DNA of 59,505 bases. Source: Mariprofundaceae bacterium (GTDB lineage: Bacteria > Pseudomonadota > Zetaproteobacteria > Mariprofundales > Mariprofundaceae). Positions 37,001-45,371 of this stretch are shown here, piece by piece. The DNA is taken from contig JAUZQZ010000024.1 in assembly GCA_030950745.1 (NCBI GenBank), positions 1-59,505 of the forward strand. Direction: 5' to 3'. Numbering within the stretch: position 1 is the stretch's first letter; each line of letters opens with the position of its first letter. Both the position numbers and the translations under genes were made by a program. Below the pieces are notes generated by a model. That model was not told the DNA's origin. It did no database searches and saw only the letters and a list, made by a program, of their open reading frames with translations.

Positions 37001-37345
37001 TCAGCCCAGCGAGCGAATACGGTCACTGGCGGGTGTGACCTCAAGTATGCGAACCCCCAGCTTTCCTTCAGCCGATACAATTTCTCCTTTGGCAAAGACT
37101 TTGCCGTTGGCGCAAATATCAACACTGGAATCGGCTTCTTTCTGCATATCTACAACTGCACCTCGGCCCAGTCGTGCCACCATATGCAGGGGGAGTTGGA
37201 CGCGGCCCAGTTCTACGCTGATCTGCAAGGGAACATGCATGATATTTTCAAGGTTTGGAGATACCGTGTTTACGGTGTTCGGCGCCGTCTGCGAATCCAT
37301 TTGAGATGCGGTTGCGGTGCTTTCTTGCGAGACTGTCGTACTCAT
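37001..37345 (-). CDS. fliN: Flagellar motor switch protein FliN
   Basis: SpoA domain VPLQISVELGRVQLPLHMVARLGRGAVVDMQKEADSSVDICANGKVFAKGEIV. Confidence 0.9.
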   Translation of the reverse strand: MSTTVSQESTATASQMDSQTAPNTVNTVSPNLENIMHVPLQISVELGRVQLPLHMVARLGRGAVVDMQKEADSSVDICANGKVFAKGEIVSAEGKLGVRILEVTPASDRIRSLG

Positions 37346-38358
37346 AATTCACCTCCATGGTGATACGGTTCTTTAATTTCAGCGGCAAGCCAGCCATCTT
37401 TCTGGCCTGCAATGGCACGAAACACAGGCTCGGATTCAACCCATAATTCAACCATGTCTGTTGCACGTTTGGATAAAGGCAATTGATCGCCTGATTTGAG
37501 GGCCAGAAATTGAGCGATATTCATTTGCAATGAACCCATTTCGAGCCGCAGGGTGAGCGGGGTTCCCTGTAAACCTTGCCGTAATTGGAGACTCCATTCA
37601 TCATCCACGCTGTCTGGTTTGTCCTGGTCATTTGAACGCAGCATTTCCAGGATTGGATCCAGAAATGTCCGTGGGAAATGAAATGCAATGTCTCCTTCAA
37701 GGTTGTCATTCAGTTTGATGTGGTAGGAAGTGCTGAAGCATAAATCACGATTAGCGGCTACACCCAGAAATTGCGGATCAGTTTCGATTTTTTTTAGAAT
37801 AAAATCCATCGGATAAACAGGCTTCCATGCAGCTGTCATAATGTGTTCGATTTCCCGAGCCAGACGTTTGCATAAACGCTGTTCCACAGGTGAGAGTACT
37901 TCTGCACTTTCACCATACGCTTCACCGCTCCCTCCCAGCAAGGCATCCACATAAGCCACCGTAAGATTGATGCTGATAACTACCAGCATCAGGCCAAAAC
38001 CAGGATGATCGAACACCAGATACGCATTCGGTTTGTCCGACTCGATAATCTCTTCATAGTGGGTCATCGTTGCATTCCCGGCATCCAGGTCAATTTGCCG
38101 TTGAAAGATTTCCTTCCAGCTATCCTTTATCGCTTCAGCCATGCGCTCCTGCACGCTGCCGAACAACGGATAGCGCTCAGGTCCTTCAGACCCTCCGCTC
38201 TCGTATGTAAATATCTCCACATGTTCGGGCTGTGGCATCGGAGGCAAACTTGCAAGAATAGCCTGTGTCTCCTCATTTGGATCTAGATTTTCCATCAGGG
38301 CAGCAACTTCTTCCGGCTCGAGAACCGGACCTTCCTGCTGTGGAGCTGGCTCACTCAT
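37342..38358 (-). CDS. fliM: Flagellar motor switch protein FliM
   Basis: 338 aa with the middle CheC-like domain and a C-terminal SpoA-like segment. Sits between fliL and fliN. Confidence 0.9.
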   Translation of the reverse strand: MSEPAPQQEGPVLEPEEVAALMENLDPNEETQAILASLPPMPQPEHVEIFTYESGGSEGPERYPLFGSVQERMAEAIKDSWKEIFQRQIDLDAGNATMTHYEEIIESDKPNAYLVFDHPGFGLMLVVISINLTVAYVDALLGGSGEAYGESAEVLSPVEQRLCKRLAREIEHIMTAAWKPVYPMDFILKKIETDPQFLGVAANRDLCFSTSYHIKLNDNLEGDIAFHFPRTFLDPILEMLRSNDQDKPDSVDDEWSLQLRQGLQGTPLTLRLEMGSLQMNIAQFLALKSGDQLPLSKRATDMVELWVESEPVFRAIAGQKDGWLAAEIKEPYHHGGEL

Positions 38359-38879
38359 TGAGAAACAAAGTCCGTAAAATACAGACTCTTTACCGGTTTG
38401 CCGCCAACCGCACGGTTAATACGATAAACCATCTCTTCCTTTAGAGCATATTTTCCCTGCGGTGTACGTATGTCGGAAAATTTCTTACTGGATAGCAGGG
38501 TGATAACCAGGTCGTTGATCTTGGCTTTGTTTGCTTCGATCTTGGCCTTGGCCTCTTCGTTACGCACCGCAAGGTCGATCTTGGTATGTAAGTAACGGCT
38601 GATATCCGTATCCGCAAGATTCACGGTAATAGTATCCATTCCTACCAGCACCGGTGGTTGGCCGGTATCATCTGCAGCTTCAGGAATTGCCGTATCTTCA
38701 GTCTGTGCCACCTTACCTGTTTGTGCGGTAGGCTTTTCCATCTGCATCAGCGTCCACGCGATAAAGCCGCCCACGGCCAGAACCAGCAGCAGCAATACAA
38801 GATTAATGATGGGTAAAAGACCGCCAGATGACTTCTTCTCCTTAGGTTTCCCCTCCTGTTTTTCCTCTTCATCAGCCAT
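38355..38879 (-). CDS. fliL: Flagellar basal-body-associated protein FliL
   Basis: Single TM followed by ITVNLAD...RYLHTKIDLAV...INDLVITLLSSK, the FliL pattern. Confidence 0.85.
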   Translation of the reverse strand: MADEEEKQEGKPKEKKSSGGLLPIINLVLLLLVLAVGGFIAWTLMQMEKPTAQTGKVAQTEDTAIPEAADDTGQPPVLVGMDTITVNLADTDISRYLHTKIDLAVRNEEAKAKIEANKAKINDLVITLLSSKKFSDIRTPQGKYALKEEMVYRINRAVGGKPVKSLYFTDFVSQ

Positions 38880-38902
38880 GTTCTTTCTCCATTAAGTCTA
38901 AT

Positions 38903-39607
38903 TTAAGGGCTCTCATAGAGCACAATATCCACGCGCCGGTTACGTTTGCGTCCGAATGGGGTGGCCTCGGTAGAAACAGGCCGTGAAGGACCATATCCCG
39001 CCATGGAAAGCCGTATCGGATTCACACCTTCATTTTCCAGTACATGCAAGACTGATGCCGCTCTGGCCAGCGACAGACTCCACGGATCCGGCCAGGGGCT
39101 GTTTTCAGGCAATGCGGATGTATCCGTATGTCCTTCGATACGGATATTCCCGGGGGAAGATGCCAGCATTCTTGCCAGGCGTTTCATGGCTTTGAGGTGC
39201 TGTGGGCTGAGTTTGGCTTGTCCCGCTTCAAACAGGACTGCATTACCCACACGCAGGATCAGACGGTTTTTGAGGATAATCGCGTTGACTTTATGCTCCA
39301 ATGTACTGTTTTTGAGCATCACTCTGGAATTTTGGCGCATGGCCAGCATTAACTCGCGTGGAGTGGCCATTTGTTGTAGTCCTGATGGTTCGATTATCTC
39401 CGGTTCAGTTTTTTCGCCTGCATTTAATACCATGACCACCTTGGGAAAGTAGCTGGAAATATCCGACAGGCTGGTTTGATCCAGTGTGGACATGGATACA
39501 AGCAGGATAAAGAACGTCAGCATCAGGCTGACCAAGTCGGCAAAGGTCCCCATCCACGATTCGGTATCGGGAAGGAATTCGGGTTCCTTTTTTTTCTTGC
39601 GTGTCAT
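38903..39607 (-). CDS. motB: Flagellar stator protein MotB (canonical Asp plug/TM)
   Basis: SWMGTFADLVSLMLTFFILLVSMS (Asp aligned to E. coli MotB D32) plus an OmpA-like C-terminus (IRIEGHTD...SLSLARAASV...NRRVDIVL). Confidence 0.8.
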   Translation of the reverse strand: MTRKKKKEPEFLPDTESWMGTFADLVSLMLTFFILLVSMSTLDQTSLSDISSYFPKVVMVLNAGEKTEPEIIEPSGLQQMATPRELMLAMRQNSRVMLKNSTLEHKVNAIILKNRLILRVGNAVLFEAGQAKLSPQHLKAMKRLARMLASSPGNIRIEGHTDTSALPENSPWPDPWSLSLARAASVLHVLENEGVNPIRLSMAGYGPSRPVSTEATPFGRKRNRRVDIVLYESP

Positions 39608-40383
39608 TACGGATGAACCGGTGGTGTGACCGCAGGACGTGATGGTGGGTTCAACACGGGTTTGGCTCGTTGTTCCTGTTTGTCAGTGACGGGGCGGAAT
39701 CTGAGTGTAATTTCAACCCTACGGCTTAAATTTTTACCATTCTCAATCAAAGGGTGTTGATCGCCCATACCGGCAACAATCATACGGCTACGGGCAACGC
39801 CCCGGCTGGCAAGCGCCTTAAACACACTCATAGCGCGTGCCGCTGAAAGCTCCCAGTTGGAAGTATAAAGAGTACCTTTCGTAGGCATCTCATCCGTATG
39901 GCCCTCGATGCTGATTTCAATAATTCCAGGCCGCGAAAATAATTTAGCGAGTGCATCCATCAAAGGATTCGCCGATGGAGAGAGCGAAATTTGGCCGGTG
40001 GCAAATACAATTCTTTCGGGCAGGCGTACGCGCACAGTCTCCTGGTCTAGGGGCAGAATGTGAATGGCATCCTCAAGCCCCAGTTCCTTGGCGACATCCG
40101 TCAATGCTTTGGCGGTTCGTTTGGGTGCCTTGGAACCGTCTACGAGATCACGTGCAGGTAACGAAGGCCCTTTACCCTGACTCAAGTTAGCGCCGCGTGG
40201 GAGAGAGCTGAAGGTGCCTGCCAGTGAGCCCAACGCTGCCAAACGTTTATCCTCTACAATGACAGCCATGGATGTCAGCAGAATAAAGAAGGCCAGCATC
40301 TGCATCATCAGTTCAAGAAACAAGGCTCCCGCAACATCTTTTTCCCGTGGTATCGGGTCGGGTTTCTTTTCGCGTTTGGCCAA
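39607..40383 (-). CDS. MotB-like stator paralog with Glu in place of the channel Asp
   Basis: ALFLELMMQMLAFFILLTSMA, with Glu 8 residues before FF where MotB has Asp. OmpA-like C-terminus (ISIEGHTD...WELSAARAMSV...SRRVEITL). TAATG overlap with the downstream motB. Confidence 0.7.
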   Translation of the reverse strand: MAKREKKPDPIPREKDVAGALFLELMMQMLAFFILLTSMAVIVEDKRLAALGSLAGTFSSLPRGANLSQGKGPSLPARDLVDGSKAPKRTAKALTDVAKELGLEDAIHILPLDQETVRVRLPERIVFATGQISLSPSANPLMDALAKLFSRPGIIEISIEGHTDEMPTKGTLYTSNWELSAARAMSVFKALASRGVARSRMIVAGMGDQHPLIENGKNLSRRVEITLRFRPVTDKQEQRAKPVLNPPSRPAVTPPVHP

Positions 40384-40417
40384 GGTGGTTTATCCTGTCA
40401 AGGCAGTGGCAAAGAAA

Positions 40418-41176
40418 TCAGTCAAAGGATGACTTGCGTTCTTTGGGTGGCAGGAATCCGAGCAGTTTCTGCTCCATGACGCGCGGGTTCTCACCCGCGA
40501 CCAGCGATTGCACCCCCGTCAGAATGATTTCGTGTAGCATGAGTTCATCCTTGCTGCGGGATTTCAGTTTGGCAGCCATGGGCAGGGCAACGATATTGGC
40601 GATCAGAGCACCATAAAATGTGGTCAGAAGGGCAATGGACATGGATGGGCCAATGGAAGACGGATCGGACATGTTTTGCAGCATCAGCACCAACCCGACC
40701 AGCGTACCGATCATGCCCATAGCAGGTGCCATCGTGCCGACTTGAATGACGATATCCGCACCCTTGGTATGACGCGCTCCGAGTTTTTCCATCTCCATGT
40801 ACAGGATGTCTTCAATTTCCGTAGGCTCCTGACCATCGATGGCCATTTGTAGCCCTTTGGCCATAAAGGGGTTACTCACATCGCCTACTCTGCTTTCAAG
40901 GGCCAGAATTCCTTCTTTGCGTACGATTTGGGCGAATTCGACCAATTCAGTGATGACATCCTTGGCGGCGGGTAACTTGTACATGATGGTTTTCATGACC
41001 ACGCCGATAATTTTGAGCACGTCGGCTAGTGGATAGCTGACCAGAACCACGCCAATTGTACCGCCTATAACGATCAACATGGATGGCGGGTCAATAAAGC
41101 TGGGAATGCCGCTACCAATGGCGAAAACAACCAGTCCAAATGCCAGTATGAGACCAATGAGTGTTGCGATATCCAC
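40418..41176 (-). CDS. motA: Flagellar stator protein MotA/PomA
   Basis: MotA/TolQ/ExbB family, 4 TM (…GTMAPAMGMIGTLVGLV…). GTG start 9 nt after AGGAG. Confidence 0.9.
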   Translation of the reverse strand: MDIATLIGLILAFGLVVFAIGSGIPSFIDPPSMLIVIGGTIGVVLVSYPLADVLKIIGVVMKTIMYKLPAAKDVITELVEFAQIVRKEGILALESRVGDVSNPFMAKGLQMAIDGQEPTEIEDILYMEMEKLGARHTKGADIVIQVGTMAPAMGMIGTLVGLVLMLQNMSDPSSIGPSMSIALLTTFYGALIANIVALPMAAKLKSRSKDELMLHEIILTGVQSLVAGENPRVMEQKLLGFLPPKERKSSFD

Positions 41177-41321
41177 GAATCAGACTCCTTGAAAATGAAT
41201 ACGAACCCTGCGAATCAGCCTTCCCTGCAACAGACACCCTTGGGTTCTCTTGCAATACAAGCAAGAAACGTGCTAATTCTGTGGGACTCACCGCAAAATT
41301 ATGCGAGAACAAAAAACCATC

Positions 41322-41350
41322 AAAAAAAGCGGGGGACTACGCCCCCGCTT
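41322..41350 (-). terminator. Rho-independent terminator after flgE
   Basis: Minus strand AGCGGGGG-CGTAGT-CCCCCGCT followed by TTTTTTT, about 20 nt downstream of the flgE stop. Confidence 0.8.
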
Positions 41351-41370
41351 TCTACGAATTAGCGGTTAAA

Positions 41371-42807
41371 CTATCGCTTGATTTGCATAAGCGACTGCAA
41401 CATCTGATCCGTGGTCAGAATAGTTTTGGAGTTGGCCTCGTATGCCCTCTGAATCACAATGAGTTTGACGAATTCATTGGCCAGGTCCACGTTAGATTGC
41501 TCCAACCCGAAGGGTGTGATGGTTCCCAGACCACCAGAAGCTGGTAGTCCCAGAACAGGTGAACCTGATGCGATGGTTTCCTCTAACAGGTTGTTGCCGA
41601 TATGGTTTAACACTGCATCATTCGGAAAATTAGCCAGTGCAACCTGGAACAGGGCGCGACGCTGTCCATTGGTGAATACACCGAATATTTTTCCAGCAGA
41701 GTCCGTTTCCAGCTTGTCCAGGAATCCGGCAGCGAAACCATCACGTGTCATTTGACGAGTAGCGAAACTGCCCGCTACCTGCACCGTACCGTTTAAACCG
41801 GTACCAGTTGCACCAACCCCCACTGTTTGCGGCCCTTGGGAATCGGCTAATACAGCATTACCAAAGTCGAAACCGATGATGTTATTGGCACCACCATCCC
41901 ACGTGAAATTGGTAGCTTTTGGAGCTATGGCCGTGCCACCAGCAGCAGTAGCTACGACCGTTTCCACATTAAGCGCACCCGTTGGGGTATAAGATAATGT
42001 GCCCATGGTGCCTAGGAAGGTTTTAGTACCGGCAGTTCCTGCCGCACCGATTGCATTCGTTGTAACGCCGAAGGTATCGGCGGTTCCCGCAGTGATGTTG
42101 GTGCCATCAACGCCGGCATACCAGTTCCAGGCATTGGATGCTGTTTTAACATAATAGATTGAAACAGTGTGCTGTCCACCAAGCGGATCGAATACATTGA
42201 CATCGGATTTGAAGTTAAATGTGGCCAGAGTGGACGGATCGAAGTTACCTTTTTGACTTGAAACAGAGCCAATAATTATAGGTGCATTTGAATCGAGCGT
42301 TACACCTGCAGTGATAATGGTTGTTGCCTTGGCATTTGCCGCCAGATTACCAAAGGTAATATCCGTAACATTACCTGTCGCTTTTCCGGATGTGCTATCC
42401 ACCTTGAATCCCTGGACAATATTTCCCTGCCCATCAATCAGGTTGAAGTTTTTGTCCAGAATAAAGGCACCTGCGCGAGTGTATGAAACCTGATTACTAC
42501 CGGGATCACGCATAGCAAACAGGCCATTGCCATTGATGGCCATGTCCGTCGGGTTCGTTGTGTTTTTGACCGAACCCTGCTGCTGATCCCGGGTTATCGC
42601 ACCAATACGTACGCCATTACCGACCTGATTGGCGATGTTTGAACGGGTTACATTGACGGTTTGCGCCAATACGTCCGAAAAGTTGACATTTTGACTTTTG
42701 AATCCCAGTGAGTTGACGTTGGCAATATTATCGCCAACCACACGTACGGCTTCACCGAAGGCTGTTAAGCCACTGGCTCCCGCAAATAATGCATTAAAAA
42801 CACCCAT
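41371..42807 (-). CDS. flgE: Flagellar hook protein
   Basis: Rod/hook N-terminus (VVGDNIANVNSLGFK) and C-terminus (VIQRAYEANSKTILTTDQMLQSL), 478 aa, follows flgD. Confidence 0.9.
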   Translation of the reverse strand: MGVFNALFAGASGLTAFGEAVRVVGDNIANVNSLGFKSQNVNFSDVLAQTVNVTRSNIANQVGNGVRIGAITRDQQQGSVKNTTNPTDMAINGNGLFAMRDPGSNQVSYTRAGAFILDKNFNLIDGQGNIVQGFKVDSTSGKATGNVTDITFGNLAANAKATTIITAGVTLDSNAPIIIGSVSSQKGNFDPSTLATFNFKSDVNVFDPLGGQHTVSIYYVKTASNAWNWYAGVDGTNITAGTADTFGVTTNAIGAAGTAGTKTFLGTMGTLSYTPTGALNVETVVATAAGGTAIAPKATNFTWDGGANNIIGFDFGNAVLADSQGPQTVGVGATGTGLNGTVQVAGSFATRQMTRDGFAAGFLDKLETDSAGKIFGVFTNGQRRALFQVALANFPNDAVLNHIGNNLLEETIASGSPVLGLPASGGLGTITPFGLEQSNVDLANEFVKLIVIQRAYEANSKTILTTDQMLQSLMQIKR

Positions 42808-42854
42808 GATTTTCTCCTTTCTTCTTCTTTATTTCCGCGAATCTTTTGTGAAGA

Positions 42855-43511
42855 TCATAAGCGGATTTCCGTAATATCAGATGGTAAAGCTGCGATACCG
42901 CCTACCATAAGTTCCGTACCTGATGCGTTAAACCGGACAGCAGTCACGATACCTGAATGTTGAACCGAGGACTTAACAGCATTGCCCTGTAGATCGGTTG
43001 CGCTAATGTCAATTCTGTAGTTGCCTTGCGGCGCTGTTGCACCCGAGTCCATTAATCCATCCCAATTCAGGGCATTAACGCCCGCAGAAAGATTGGCCAG
43101 TTGCATGGTGCGCACCGGCACTCCGTTGGTGTCAAAGATGGTGACACGAGTCTGTGTAGCTGCCGCATCCAGTGTGGCGGTAAAGGTTTGTACGGTTCCA
43201 TCATAGTGAATCTGATTCTGATTAACGGTGACGGAATGCCCCAGATATGTTGCGGCTGATGTGGACTGGCCGCCTGTGCTGTTTCCTGCTCCGACAAGTT
43301 GCCCCAGTAGTTTGTTGGTGCTGATCTGTTGTTCCACCATATTAAATTGCGCCAGTTGCGAAGCCATTTTGGTTGGATCCTGTGGTTTGAGCGGATCCTG
43401 GTTTTGCATTTGCGCAACAAGTAATTTGAGAAAAATATCTTTCTTGCCCAAGTCCTGTTGCGTGGTTCGTGCAGGCTGATTTTGTATGGTTGTGACGGTA
43501 GGTGTCAACAT
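42855..43511 (-). CDS. flgD: Flagellar hook capping/scaffold protein
   Basis: DIFLKLLVAQMQNQDPLKPQDPTKMASQLAQFNMVEQ motif. Confidence 0.9.
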   Translation of the reverse strand: MLTPTVTTIQNQPARTTQQDLGKKDIFLKLLVAQMQNQDPLKPQDPTKMASQLAQFNMVEQQISTNKLLGQLVGAGNSTGGQSTSAATYLGHSVTVNQNQIHYDGTVQTFTATLDAAATQTRVTIFDTNGVPVRTMQLANLSAGVNALNWDGLMDSGATAPQGNYRIDISATDLQGNAVKSSVQHSGIVTAVRFNASGTELMVGGIAALPSDITEIRL

Positions 43512-43547
43512 TTTGGCTGTCCCCTTTTTAGTGTTAAATGATTCATG

Positions 43548-45251
43548 TTAAACGTGGATGCTCAAGCGGCCATGGCCGCTTGACGTTGTTTGCGTGTCTG
43601 TCCGAATGGATGTCGGTGATGCGTCGGAAGACAATCCATCCATGGCGCCCCATTCATGCCTGCCGTTAAATTGTTGGTCTGCTCCGGAGCTATCCTGTGA
43701 TCCTGTACTCATGGAAAATTGACCCAGAGAAAGACCTTGCTGTTCCAGTGCATGACGTAACTGTGGTATATTTTGTTGGATGACCTGTTGTGAGACGGTT
43801 TGTTCGGCTGTGATATGTACCATCAATTGCTTGGCCGCATCGGTTTGTAACGAGATATGGATTTTCCCCAAATGTGCCGGTTCCAACTGAATATCAAGGC
43901 GTGCATGACCATTTTTTGCTGAATGTGCAATTTCGTTCATAGCATCCATGACCCGGAGATGTTGGAAAGAACGATGTAGTGTAGTGCTTTGCGGGTTGCT
44001 TCGGGATATGGATGAATCTGTCTGAACCAGTCCTGCAAAACGGTTGTCTGCCCCGGCCTGGTTACCCTGCTGATTTGTTTGCTGATCAGCAGGGTTGCCG
44101 TATTGTGCATCACCGGGGGTCAGTCCGTGCGCCAGTGTACGGGAGAAAGCATTTGCATGTTGCGCCTGATTCTGATTATGGCGTATGGGGGACTCTGGAC
44201 GTCCATCAATATTGTGGGCATGTGCCGTCGGGTTTTGTGATGCTGATGTGAAAGCTTTCCCTTCATTGAGAGTCGTCTGGGTAGTAGACAGGTTGGTCGT
44301 AGCGGCTTTGTTGCCTTTATGTTTCCGTGTAGACTTGGCTTCATGCAATTCCGAACTGAGGGCATTGGGTATGACGTTTGTTTCCCGTACGGTTTCTTTC
44401 GGAATGTTCTCTGCATTGATTTCCGGGGAGAGATTAGCAGCGAGTCCGGAGGCTGTGGGTGCAGATAGCATAGCTTTACCAGCGGTTGCTTCTGGTTTGA
44501 TTGTTGATGATATTTCAGGGTTATTCAGTGCATGCGGGATAAGATATGCGCTCTGCTTTATATGGTTCTTTCCTTCCCCTACGACGGGTTTCTGGTCAGC
44601 CGGATTATTGTTGACCAATAGCTCGGGAGAATCAGGTAGTTTTTGTGCCACTTTCTGTTCTTTCAGTCCGGCCTCTTTTGCACCAGTTTCCTGCTCGTCC
44701 AGGGAACCTTGTCTGACATGATCCTGTATCGGCATGGAGAGTTCGGCAGCTTGTGCATGTTTACGGGATGTTGCCTCCTCTGCATTGGTATGTTTCTGCT
44801 GGAGTATTCCACTGAGTTTCTTTTGCTGAACTTCTACCGTTTGGATACCGGTTTTTGAGGTTTGTATGAAGGTGACCGGGACGGCGAGACCCACAGCAGC
44901 ATTCTGGTCTTTCAGTCGACGGACATGGGTTAGACGTTCTCCATCAGACGCAGCCAGGGCCGACTTTTTATTGTCTTGTGCCGTTATTTTTTTTACATCT
45001 TCAATATCAGATATTATGGCACCATTTTTTCCACGGTGTGCCAAAACTGACTTTCCTGTGGTTTGTAGGCCTGCACCAGCGCTGCGATGCGCTTTCCCTG
45101 TTTTGTTTTTTATTTGATGGTTTTGACCATGTTGACTATCAAACAGAGCCATCAGAGGTGCAAATAGTCCGTTCTTTCCGGTATGCCCACCTTTGCCCGC
45201 AATAGCGCTAACGCCTTTTACGGCTCCGCCAACTTGAATTTGTTCACTCAT
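43548..45251 (-). CDS. fliK: Flagellar hook-length control protein
   Basis: 567 aa, low-complexity Q/T/N/A-rich, with a C-terminal Flg_hook-like core (ARLDIQLEPAHLGKIHISLQ). Sits upstream of flgD. Confidence 0.75.
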   Translation of the reverse strand: MSEQIQVGGAVKGVSAIAGKGGHTGKNGLFAPLMALFDSQHGQNHQIKNKTGKAHRSAGAGLQTTGKSVLAHRGKNGAIISDIEDVKKITAQDNKKSALAASDGERLTHVRRLKDQNAAVGLAVPVTFIQTSKTGIQTVEVQQKKLSGILQQKHTNAEEATSRKHAQAAELSMPIQDHVRQGSLDEQETGAKEAGLKEQKVAQKLPDSPELLVNNNPADQKPVVGEGKNHIKQSAYLIPHALNNPEISSTIKPEATAGKAMLSAPTASGLAANLSPEINAENIPKETVRETNVIPNALSSELHEAKSTRKHKGNKAATTNLSTTQTTLNEGKAFTSASQNPTAHAHNIDGRPESPIRHNQNQAQHANAFSRTLAHGLTPGDAQYGNPADQQTNQQGNQAGADNRFAGLVQTDSSISRSNPQSTTLHRSFQHLRVMDAMNEIAHSAKNGHARLDIQLEPAHLGKIHISLQTDAAKQLMVHITAEQTVSQQVIQQNIPQLRHALEQQGLSLGQFSMSTGSQDSSGADQQFNGRHEWGAMDGLSSDASPTSIRTDTQTTSSGHGRLSIHV

Positions 45252-45262
45252 ACTGTGGATGG

Positions 45263-45279
45263 AGCATGGACAGGGCCAG
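45263..45279 (-). promoter_or_regulatory. Sigma-54-like motif abutting the fliK start codon
   Basis: Minus strand CTGGCCCTGTCCATGCT (TGGCCC-N5-ATGC). 12 nt lie between the GC element and the fliK ATG, so the predicted +1 is 1 nt before the ATG. No SD is present. Confidence 0.3.
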
Positions 45280-45330
45280 AATGTTATCCCATATAAATCA
45301 ACATGTTATAGACTTATGGTGAGTAGTGAT

Positions 45331-45366
45331 GGGAAATAATTGCCGATTAACCGGCAACTATTTCCC
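45331..45366 (-). terminator. 15-bp stem-loop after the channel gene
   Basis: GGGAAATAGTTGCCG-GTTAAT-CGGCAATTATTTCCC on the minus strand (one G-U pair), 5 nt after the stop. No U-tract, so it may be a processing or stability element rather than a terminator. Confidence 0.4.
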
Positions 45367-45371
45367 TGGAT

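Noticed and set aside
41261-41275. Near sigma-54 motif TAGCAC-N5-TTGCT upstream of motA
   Set aside because: The nearly invariant -24 GG is AG here. It is retained only as a note, and no convincing sigma-28 motif was seen in this gap either.
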